Assembly: GCA_963737435.1 (NCBI GenBank)
Contig: CAVTSI010000004.1
Location: forward strand, 40,975-104,974
Direction of reading: 5' to 3'
DNA from: an uncultured Acidobacteriaceae bacterium
Lineage (GTDB): Bacteria; Acidobacteriota; Terriglobia; Terriglobales; Acidobacteriaceae
DNA: 64,000 nt
Shown here: positions 28,351 to 36,293 of the stretch, piece by piece
Position numbering within the stretch: position 1 is the first letter of the stretch
Layout of the letters: the number at the start of each line of letters is the position of its first letter
The notes under the pieces: generated by a model
What the model saw: only the letters and a program-made list of their open reading frames with translations
Database searches by the model: none
What the model was told of the DNA's origin: nothing
Program-made: the position numbers and the translations under genes

Positions 28351-29541
28351 TCATGCTGCACGCTGGTGGGGTTGAGGTGGAGAGCGAAGCAGGAGTTGAG
28401 CCGCGGTGAGCCGTTCAACGACGTGCATGGTTGCACCGCAGACTGGACAGTTCCATAGCGACTGAGGCTGATCGGCGGGCGGCGATGCCGGTGAAGCAGT
28501 TATGTTCTCTGAGCCGTGGAGCAGTTGGGAGCAGAGCGGCAGGAGGATGGCGCGTTGCCGGTTGGCCAGAAATCCGAAGTTGCGGATGCGGACGAAGCCG
28601 CGTGGCAGCAGATGGAGCAGGAATCGGCGCAGGAACTCCTCGACATCCAGAGTCATGAGCCTCTTCTTGTTGCCGTGGGCGGAGTCTCGCCATTGGAAGG
28701 TGACGTTGCTGTCGGAGAGAGTGACCAGCCTGCCGTTGGAGATGGCGACGCGATGGGTGTAGGCGCCCAAATAGCGCAGCACATGTTCCGGCCCTCCGAA
28801 GGGCCGCTTGGAGTAGACGACCCAGTCATGGCGGAACAGTACCCGCAGCCATGCTGCAAAGGCGCGCGGCTCGGCCATGGGCAGGAGGTTGCCGTGGAAC
28901 TGGAGCAGGCCTCGATGGAAGGCGCTGCGAAGTCCGGCGACGAACTTGCCGCGGAAGACACGGCTGAGCACGCCGATAGGCAGAAAGAAGGAGCGCCGGG
29001 CGGAGATCCAGCAGGAGTGATTCGGCGCCAGACCACCGGCGGCCAGCACGCAGTGGACATGGGGATGAAACTGCAAGCGCTGATTCCAGCTGTGGAGCAC
29101 GCTGAAGAAGCCTATCTCGGCCCCAAGATGTCGAGGATCGCGAGCGATCTCAAGCAAGGTTTCGGCGCTGGCATGAAAGAGCAGGTTGTAAATCAGCCGC
29201 TTGTTCTGCAATGCGAGCGGGGCTAGCTCCCGCGGCAAGGTGAAGACGGCGTGTACATAGCGGGTGGGCAGTAGTTCCTGTTCCCGCGCCTTGAGCCAGC
29301 GCAGGCGCGCGTTGCCCTGGCAGCGTGGGCAATGGCGGTTTCTGCACGAGTTGTACGAGATGGCAGTATGTCCGCAGTCCGAGCACTGATCGCGATGTCC
29401 TCCCAGCGCGGCAGTAGGGCAGCGCGTGATGGCCAGCAACACTTTTTGGTGTTGCCAGTTGATCCACTTGCGACTGTGTTCAAGAAATGCTTGTCCAGCA
29501 CAGCGAACGATGTCGGCCACCTCCAGCGGCGGCCGGCTCAT
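28351..29541 (-). CDS. IS91-family (Y2, HUH) transposase
   Basis: N-terminal zinc-binding region ([23 protein letters not shown]), HUH motif [14 protein letters not shown], and Y2 motif [18 protein letters not shown]. Confidence 0.9.
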   Translation of the reverse strand: MSRPPLEVADIVRCAGQAFLEHSRKWINWQHQKVLLAITRCPTAALGGHRDQCSDCGHTAISYNSCRNRHCPRCQGNARLRWLKAREQELLPTRYVHAVFTLPRELAPLALQNKRLIYNLLFHASAETLLEIARDPRHLGAEIGFFSVLHSWNQRLQFHPHVHCVLAAGGLAPNHSCWISARRSFFLPIGVLSRVFRGKFVAGLRSAFHRGLLQFHGNLLPMAEPRAFAAWLRVLFRHDWVVYSKRPFGGPEHVLRYLGAYTHRVAISNGRLVTLSDSNVTFQWRDSAHGNKKRLMTLDVEEFLRRFLLHLLPRGFVRIRNFGFLANRQRAILLPLCSQLLHGSENITASPASPPADQPQSLWNCPVCGATMHVVERLTAAQLLLRSPPQPHQRAA

Positions 29542-30485
29542 GAACTGTGCTTGTGTCCTCCTTGTGCAGAGAAGGTGAGTGCATCGAGCGGGCTGGCGGT
29601 TGCGCTTAGATGCCGTTGGGAGAGATGCAGATAGATGGTAGTTACTTCGAGGTCGCGATGACCGAGCAGTATCTGGATGGTGCGCAGGTCGGCTCCGGCT
29701 TCCAGCAGGTGTGTGGCGAAGCAGTGGCGTAGCGTGTGCGGATGGATGTGCTTGTGCGCCAAGCCGGCGCGCTCAGCGGCGTTCTGACAGGCCGTCCAGA
29801 GGACCTTGGTGGTGACGGGATAACTTGCGGTATGCCACCGGTTGCCGGGAAACAGCCACTCTGTCGGCTTGCGTCTGAGCCCGCGCCAGTAAGTGCGCAG
29901 TGCTTCGAGAAGCTTCGGGCTCAGCATGACGTCTCGGTCCTAGCCTCCCTTGCCTCCCCGGATATGGACAACCATGCGCTGACTGTCAATATCGCCGATC
30001 TTCAGATGCGCTGCTTCTGCGCGACGTGCCCCGGTGGCATACAGCGTCATTAGCAGGATGCGGTGGAAGGGGCTTTCTGCGGCGTCAATCAGACGCGCAA
30101 CCTCCTCCTGGCTGAGTACCTGCGGAAGGTGACGAACCTTCTTGGGATATGGCGTCTCGGCGATGCTCCAGCCGCGCTTCAACACATGAATATAGAAGAA
30201 GCGCAACGAAGCCAACCGCAGGATCACAGTGTTGGGACTGAACTTCAACTGGGTGAAGAGCATCGCCTGATACTTGCGAATGTCCTCAGGGCCAAGCTGA
30301 TCGGGCCGGCGGCGGAAATACCGGCTGAAGTGCTCCACCCCGTGGAGGTACGAGCGGATGGTTGTATCGGCGAAGTTGCGGCGCCGCAACTCCTCAAGCA
30401 TGAGCTGACGTAGTTGGTTCACAGAGAACCCTCCTTCTCTGCGCACCAAGCTACCCCGCAGCCTCAAATGTCGGTGCGGGAACAC
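29538..30485 (-). pseudogene. tyrosine recombinase (phage-integrase family) with an in-frame TAG at 29940-29942
   Basis: SAM-like N-domain (TIRSYLHGVEHFSRYF), ATGARRAEA, then [19 protein letters not shown]. Catalytic [38 protein letters not shown] follows downstream. Confidence 0.85.
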
Positions 30486-30691
30486 GCGAACGCGTCCGCC
30501 GCACAGCGGCTTCGTTCAAGCCGGCTTCTCATTACTAATCGAAAGGAAAGGGGTGGTTCGCGAGCGGCCCGCGCCTGTCCCTACGGCCGCCTCAACTCAC
30601 GCAAAGCCCTGTTGTCGTCAACTGAGAGCCAACATTCCGGATAGCCCGTGGCACGGGAGCCATCAGATCTGACGGGCACGCGTTGCGCGTG

Positions 30692-31942
30692 TTACTCCGT
30701 TGCCAATCGTGTGTTGCGCGTCTCTGGCATGAAGAAATAGAGAATAGCCAACGCTGCCGACGCCACCCCTGCGAGAAATAGAAAGCCAGTGCGATAGCCT
30801 GCGTGGTGAACGATGCTGCCGGCGATGACCTGACTGAGAGCCGCGCCGATGCCAACCGCAGCGCTGATGGCTCCCAGCGTGAGATTGAATCGGCCGGTGC
30901 CGCGCGTCAGATCGGCGATCACGAGCACGGACACAACGCCGAAGATCCCCGCCCCGACGCCGTCCATAACCTGGATGGCCACGAGCAATGCCGTATTGGC
31001 CGTGAGGGTGTAAAGAACACCGCGAATCGGAAGTGCGGCGAACGCGATCAGCAGAAGGGGCTTTCGACCCCACGTTCCGGCCTTGCGTCCCGACCAGGAC
31101 GCGATCAGCGTGATGACAAACTGGGTCGTTACCACGCACGCCGACATAAAGAGCATGGAACTGCGCCCCTGACCCTTTGCCAGCAACTCGCCGAGCAGGG
31201 GCAGCATCGCCGCATTCGCAAAATGGAACATCACGGCGCAGACCAGGAAGAGGACCAGCGGGCGATCCCGGAATAGCACCCGGACGCTTTCCGCTTTGCC
31301 GGCTTTCTCGCCGTCATTTGCGCCCCGCGCGACCTCGTAGTCAATCTCGTCCGGCCTGATCAGAAGCAGGACGAAAATCGTGGGGACCGCGAGGGCCACG
31401 ACGAAGAAGAAGATGCTCCGGTTGGAAACGAGGTAGCCGAGGAGGCCCATCGACAGGGCGGCAGTCACGTTCCCTGCCGAGTTGAATGTCTGATTGCGAC
31501 CCTGGCGGGTGTCGAATGCGGCACGTCCGACGATCCCGAGCGACATCGCGCAGATGGCTGGGATGAAGACGCTGGATGTGCCGCCAATCAAGACCTGGGC
31601 GGCCAGGACGGGCCAGAACGACGGAAACAGTGCGATCAGGAGCGCTCCCGCAGCCAGCGCGGCCACGGCCACACCGACCAGCGCTCGCTTCGATCGGAGG
31701 AAGTCAACCAGCGCGCCGGCCGGCGTCTGCGTGAGAATTCCTGCGATCCCGCCGACCGTGAGCGCGAGCCCGACGCGCTCTTCGTTCCACCAGTAGCCGG
31801 CGAGATAAATCGCGACGAACGGCCCCACCCCCGTCTGCACGTCGGCGAGCAGGAAATTGAGCCAATCGAGGCCGCGCAGCGTCCCCCGCGAAGGGGACGT
31901 TTTGCTCTCGATGGAGGGGCTAGGCTCGCGCGCGCTCTTCAT
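30692..31942 (-). CDS. MFS transporter
   Basis: 416-aa ORF with about 12 hydrophobic helices in two six-helix halves. Typical loop motifs are present ([24 protein letters not shown]). Confidence 0.8.
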   Translation of the reverse strand: MKSAREPSPSIESKTSPSRGTLRGLDWLNFLLADVQTGVGPFVAIYLAGYWWNEERVGLALTVGGIAGILTQTPAGALVDFLRSKRALVGVAVAALAAGALLIALFPSFWPVLAAQVLIGGTSSVFIPAICAMSLGIVGRAAFDTRQGRNQTFNSAGNVTAALSMGLLGYLVSNRSIFFFVVALAVPTIFVLLLIRPDEIDYEVARGANDGEKAGKAESVRVLFRDRPLVLFLVCAVMFHFANAAMLPLLGELLAKGQGRSSMLFMSACVVTTQFVITLIASWSGRKAGTWGRKPLLLIAFAALPIRGVLYTLTANTALLVAIQVMDGVGAGIFGVVSVLVIADLTRGTGRFNLTLGAISAAVGIGAALSQVIAGSIVHHAGYRTGFLFLAGVASAALAILYFFMPETRNTRLATE

Positions 31943-31949
31943 TGAGGGA

Positions 31950-32039
31950 ACTCACATGTTGGAAGAAGGCGCGGATCCGCCCGCCATCCAGGAACTGCTC
32001 GGCCACGAGCGGCTTTCTACTATCCAGCGCTACGCCTAA
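31950..32039 (+). pseudogene. 3' remnant of a XerC/D-like tyrosine recombinase
   Basis: [29 protein letters not shown]-stop matches only the last ~30 residues of the catalytic domain. It is truncated exactly where the MFS gene starts. Confidence 0.65.
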
Positions 32040-32106
32040 CTCACCACAAGACCGGTGCTGGAAGTTTACGACAGGACCCATCCCCGGGCGCGCTGGTAGC
32101 GTTTTA

Positions 32107-32610
32107 CTAGTGCCTGATCGGAAATTGGTCGCCAGCCAGCGGCCGCAACAGCAGCACTGGGCAGGGCGCATGATCCAGAACAAAGCGCGCCACATGCCCG
32201 ACTGATCGCGGACCAATATGTGGCGGCTCCCCATATTCAGCACGCGGGCAAATGACAATCACATCCGCTTTCCACTCGGCGGCGGCGTTTACGATTTCGA
32301 GCTCAGGAAGACCCTGCCGCAACAGTGTCTCCGCCTGCGGTAAGTCACCCAGGGCCGTCTTCAAAATCTCTTCCGAGACCGCTCTTTCCGCATCCTGCAT
32401 TTCATCTGTAAGGGGTCCGTGGCGCAACGGCGGCCTCCAGAATCGTTCCCGTGTCCGGTCCATGTCCCGGCGCGGGCCGGCATCAATCACCGTCAGCAGA
32501 GCAATGGTCAGAGGCTCAGCCGTGGAAAACATCTGTGCCGAATGGCTGACCTGCCTGGTGTTTGTGCCATCCAGACAGCAAAGAATTCGCATCGTTGCCT
32601 CCTTCTGCAA
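32107..32610 (-). CDS. universal stress protein (UspA family)
   Basis: MRILCCLDGT...ADVIVICP...GPRSVGHVARFVLDHAPCPVLLLRP. ATG 32592 is the more likely start. Confidence 0.8.
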   Translation of the reverse strand: MQKEATMRILCCLDGTNTRQVSHSAQMFSTAEPLTIALLTVIDAGPRRDMDRTRERFWRPPLRHGPLTDEMQDAERAVSEEILKTALGDLPQAETLLRQGLPELEIVNAAAEWKADVIVICPRAEYGEPPHIGPRSVGHVARFVLDHAPCPVLLLRPLAGDQFPIRH

Positions 32611-32616
32611 ACCTGC

Positions 32617-33933
32617 CTACAAGCACAGCCAGATTGTGAACGCACCTGCGAGCAACATCAACGGAGTAACCACAACGCCCACTTTGAAATAGTCGAGCCC
32701 GGAAACATCCACGTCCCGTTGCCGCAGGATGAGTAACCAGAGAATCGTAGCCAGGGACCCGACCGTAGTAAGGTTTGGGCCCAGATCGCAACCAAATATG
32801 GTGGCCGCGACAAAGCCATTTCGTATTGCCGGAGCTGCGTGTTGAATGCTGCCGAGAGAAGAATTCATGACTACAGCCATGGGTACGTTATTGATTAAGT
32901 TCGTCCCCAGGGCCGACCCAAACGTGCCAACCATTACGGCTCCAAAACTCGTACCGCCAGAGAGATGCAGGAGCAGCTTGCCCAGCTTGAGCGTAAGCCC
33001 TGTGTCCTCGATGGCACGTACAACCACGAACATTCCGGCGATGAATCCAAAAATCGGCCACGAAATCTCTTTACCTGCTTCCAGCAGCGTCATCCGCTTC
33101 CAGAACAGCGCGCCCGCAAGTAGTAACGACGCCCCCGCTACTGCGACAACGGAAAGCGGAAACTGAAAAGCAGACGCGATCACATAGGACGGCGCAACAA
33201 AGGCAAGCACCCACAAGGTATAGCGAAAATAAGCCTTATGCTTGACCGCCTTTTCCGCCGTCGGCAGATGGCTGATCTCAAACGATCCTCGCAGCTGCTT
33301 GCGGTAGAGCAAATAGAAGATCCCAAGGTTAATTGCGATTACAACGAGACTGGGAAGTAAGAGCAGCCGCAGGAAGGTCAGAAGATCGAGCGGGAAGTGG
33401 GACATGATAATCACGTTAATCGGATTGCTGATGGGTAGCAGGAACGATGCGGTATCCGCAATGAAGGTGCAGGCGAACAGGTACGGCAGAACCGGAAGCC
33501 GTAATCTTGTCACGAGCACATAAACGACTGGCGTCAGGATAAGCGCCGTCGCATCGTTGGAAAATATCATCGTGATCATTGTTCCCAACAGAAACACATT
33601 CAGGAACAATCTCGCCGCACTTCTTTTTGCGAACCGCGCGGCTTGCGCTGCCAGCCAATCGAACAACCCGGCTGTTTCCGCCAGCGCAGACAGCCCCATC
33701 ATTCCCAGGAAGAAGAGAAACGTATTCCAGTCGCGGAGCAGAGTACGTGCAGCATCCGCAGGCCGGATCAAACCCAGAAGAAGCAGGATGCCCGCACCGA
33801 TCATGGCGATTCGCGCCTCGCTCCAGCGAAAGGGGCGCGTCATGATGCCGGCCAGTGTCAGCAAGCCGATGATCGAGGCAAGAAGTGTTCTCCAGAATTC
33901 CGATAGGGGGAAGAACAGAAACACAGGCCGCAT
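32617..33933 (-). CDS. ArsB/NhaD-superfamily permease
   Basis: 438-aa polytopic ORF with ArsB-like segments (TMIFSNDATALILTPVV, TASFLLPISNPINVII, GTNLINNVPMAVVM). It lies 6 nt upstream of the USP gene. Confidence 0.75.
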   Translation of the reverse strand: MRPVFLFFPLSEFWRTLLASIIGLLTLAGIMTRPFRWSEARIAMIGAGILLLLGLIRPADAARTLLRDWNTFLFFLGMMGLSALAETAGLFDWLAAQAARFAKRSAARLFLNVFLLGTMITMIFSNDATALILTPVVYVLVTRLRLPVLPYLFACTFIADTASFLLPISNPINVIIMSHFPLDLLTFLRLLLLPSLVVIAINLGIFYLLYRKQLRGSFEISHLPTAEKAVKHKAYFRYTLWVLAFVAPSYVIASAFQFPLSVVAVAGASLLLAGALFWKRMTLLEAGKEISWPIFGFIAGMFVVVRAIEDTGLTLKLGKLLLHLSGGTSFGAVMVGTFGSALGTNLINNVPMAVVMNSSLGSIQHAAPAIRNGFVAATIFGCDLGPNLTTVGSLATILWLLILRQRDVDVSGLDYFKVGVVVTPLMLLAGAFTIWLCL

Positions 33934-34119
33934 CCTTTCAAGTTTGATGTGAAAACGGACACAGTCTCGGGAAACGTCTGAATATCTTCCCCGGCGGCTT
34001 TGTCGACCGGCTCTTTCACCGGTCTTACCGGTTCCAGGGGCGGACTGCAGTCCTGATACGCCCCCGCTGATCGAGAATGCTTCTACATGAGAGCATCGTG
34101 ATTGCGTGGCTTCGCTGCC

Positions 34120-34236
34120 TCAAGAAACCTTCCAGACGTAATGACCTAGAAAAACCAGCAGCAGCAAGCATCCTACGCACATCCAAATGACAAAATGCGC
34201 GGTCAGTTTTGGGGAATTGATCTCCTTCTTGTCCAT
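34120..34236 (-). CDS. possible 38-aa single-TM peptide (below the ORF-track cutoff)
   Basis: MDKKEINSPKLTAHFVIWMCVGCLLLLVFLGHYVWKVS with AGGAG 11 nt upstream of the ATG. Supported only by the Shine-Dalgarno and hydrophobicity. Confidence 0.3.
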   Translation of the reverse strand: MDKKEINSPKLTAHFVIWMCVGCLLLLVFLGHYVWKVS

Positions 34237-34417
34237 GAATGAAGATTACTCCTACCAGTGCGGTGTCGAGGCATGATCCCTCCCCCGCTAGTATTTCAAG
34301 TGTCGACGGCTGCCGGTAGTACGTCTCTGTCTGGTCTCCTCGTGGCGGCCCATGAATTGTCAGCGAGTGGCCAAAATTGGACAGCTCGGACGAGGATAGT
34401 TCTGCCACACTACAGCC

Positions 34418-34870
34418 ATGACAACTAAAACGATTCCGGAATACCTCGAGGACGAGCGCCGAAACCGTGCAGACACTGAGCTGCGGACGGAAGAAGAAGC
34501 CGCGCGCATCCAGCCGCTGCGCCATGGCCACCATCGCACTCCGAAACCGCCGAAGCCGGAATTGCCGGCTCCGGTTGAAGCCGTGGCCAAAGCGAGAAAA
34601 CCTGCCGTGGCCAAAGCGAGAAAACCTGCCGTGGCCAAAGCGAGAAAACCTGCCGCAGCCAAAACGAGAAAACCTGCCGCAACCAAAACGAGAAAATCTG
34701 CCGTAGCCAAAGCGAGAAAACCTGCCGCAGACAAAACGAGAAACCTGCCGCAGACAAAACGAGAAACCCCCGCAACAAAACAAACCTGCCGCGGCAGCTC
34801 GGAGAAAGCCACGCGCCGCCCGAAAGACGGGAACGAAAGTCCGCCAGATGGCGTGACGATCCCTGCATGA
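34418..34870 (+). CDS. basic protein with tandem octapeptide (AKARKPAV)n repeats
   Basis: MTTKTIPEYLEDERRNRADTELRTEEEAARIQ... followed by 6-7 AKARKPA(V/A) units encoded by the 24-bp repeat. The 3' part may be out of frame because one unit is 23 nt. Confidence 0.5.
   Translation: MTTKTIPEYLEDERRNRADTELRTEEEAARIQPLRHGHHRTPKPPKPELPAPVEAVAKARKPAVAKARKPAVAKARKPAAAKTRKPAATKTRKSAVAKARKPAADKTRNLPQTKRETPATKQTCRGSSEKATRRPKDGNESPPDGVTIPA
34586..34776 (+). repeat. 24-bp tandem repeat, about 8 units (GCCAAAGCGAGAAAACCTGCCGTG consensus)
   Basis: Units start at 34586, 34610, 34634, 34658, 34682, 34706 and 34730 (the last is 23 nt); a degenerate unit starts at 34753. Confidence 0.9.
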
Positions 34871-35206
34871 TCTTTGCGGTCAGCGGCGACCCTATTCTCT
34901 GTATTACTGGACAAATCCAGGCCATAAGGCGGGTGGGTGAGGGTTCCACCGATTTTGATGGACACGATCTCTCCGTCAGGATTCTGCACACCGCCTTGCC
35001 GATTCGTGTCGAAGTGCAATAACTCCCGCAGCGTCGGCAATCCGGAAGTTACCCGGTGCATGCCGGCCTTCGGGACTCGCTGGTGAGTCTGAGGAGGCTT
35101 TTGTTACATGCTCTAAGAATTTGTGTCCGCGGAGAAGATCCCTCGTACCCAGCACGCCCGGCGCGTCCTTCCTCTACTCGCAATGCGGACTAGAGCATTT
35201 TCAATG

Positions 35207-36159
35207 TTATCGTAGACCATATCCGCAATGAGAGAACCAAGCTAAAGCGTTGTCGGCGGTAATAGCTCGCAGGGCTTCTGCGATGGCGCCTTCCAGAGCT
35301 TCTGCGGTTCGGGCCTTGGCAGAACGCAGCCACTGTTTGATCTTCGACCAAGCCTGCTCAATCGGGTTGAAGTCGGGAGAATAGGGTGGCAAGTAAAGCA
35401 GGCGCGCTCCGGTGGCGGCGATGAGTTGCTGTACCCCGGCCACTTTGTGCGCCGCCAGATTGTCCAGGATGACCACCTGTCCGGGATGAAGCTGCGGGCA
35501 CAACACCTGTTCCAGATAGGCCAGGAAGACATCGCCATCGGTCGGCGACTCGATGGTCATGGGTGCTTGCAAGCCTTTGGTGGTCAGCGCCGCTAGCATG
35601 GTCACGGTATGCCAGTGGCTCTGGGGTGTGCCTTCCGCTACCCGTTTCCCACTCGGAGCGCGACCATAATTGCGGGTCATCTGCGTGCTGGCCCCGCTCT
35701 CATCCAGAAACACCATTTGCTGCGGGTCGATCTGCCTTATGCTTTCCTGCCACGCTTGCCGGCGCTGCCGCGCTTCCGGGGTTTCTTGTTCCTGGGCGTG
35801 GAGTGACTTTTTTTAAGCCGCAGTCCCATCTGTCGCAAGGCCAGCCACAGCCGCCCGATGCTCAAGCTCACGCCCTGGGCCGCTTGTAGTTGCTCCTGCA
35901 ATTCCATCAGGGTCAGATCCGGCTGCTGGCGGATTTGCTCCCGCAGCCACGCCTGCACCGCCGCCGTCACCCGGCTCTGCGGGCCACGGCGCCACCCGGG
36001 TCGCTCGATCTGCCCGGTGCGCGTGCGGGTGGCGGAGATTTTCTTGGCCCAACCTTCGCTCACTCCAAATTGTTCCGCCAACTCCCCCAAGGTCCCTTTG
36101 CCCTGCTCATAGGCTTGCAAAAACTTTCGCCGCAAATCATTCGCGTAGGGTCGTGCCAT
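35207..36159 (-). CDS. IS630-family DDE transposase (orfA-orfB joined by a -1 frameshift)
   Basis: orfA has an HTH (LRRKFLQAYEQGKGTLGELAEQFGVSEGW). The frame after slippage reads LKKKSLHAQEQETPEARQRRQAWQESIRQIDPQQMVFLDESG. DDE residues are in VFLDESG, VILDNLAAH and YSPDFNPIEQAW. Confidence 0.85.
35807..35814 (-). promoter_or_regulatory. A AAA AAG slippery heptamer (programmed -1 ribosomal frameshift site)
   Basis: A run of 7 A plus G on the minus strand, exactly where orfA and the DDE frame overlap. Confidence 0.7.
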
Positions 36160-36293
36160 CGGGTGGAGCGGAGAATCGCCACCAACAGTCTACACTATCT
36201 CTGAAAATGCTCTAAGCCGCATCCATCCAGAACGATCTTATATTTGTCGCAAAGCCAGTCCTACGACGTCGATAGAATATAATTCGCACACTG

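Larger units (their letters stand above)
28351..30485 (-). mobile_element. IS91-family unit: tyrosine integrase gene overlapping a Y2 rolling-circle transposase gene; element ends not defined
   Basis: The two genes overlap by ATGA (29538-29541). See the component features. Confidence 0.6.
35193..36212 (-). mobile_element. IS630/Tc1-mariner family insertion sequence flanked by a TA duplication
   Basis: Imperfect terminal inverted repeats GAGCATTTTCA... (35193) and ...TGAAAATGCTC (36212). TA is at 35191-35192 and 36213-36214. A two-frame transposase lies inside. Confidence 0.85.

Noticed and set aside
34586-34776. Regular 24-bp repeats considered as a CRISPR array
   Set aside because: The units are directly tandem with no spacers, are not palindromic, and read in frame as an octapeptide repeat. 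No cas genes are nearby.
34862-35061. Minus-strand ORF start (GEIVSIKIGGTLTHPPYGLDL) as the C-terminal remnant of an AsmA-like gene cut by IS630
   Set aside because: The resemblance is a single short motif. The frame is closed by a stop about 40 nt upstream of the Met, and the remaining ORF runs antisense through the 24-bp repeat.
35105-35120. Extra IS630 end (ATGCTCTAAG) 75 nt left of the element
   Set aside because: Only 10 nt are identical to the right terminus. This is too short to separate from chance without other copies.
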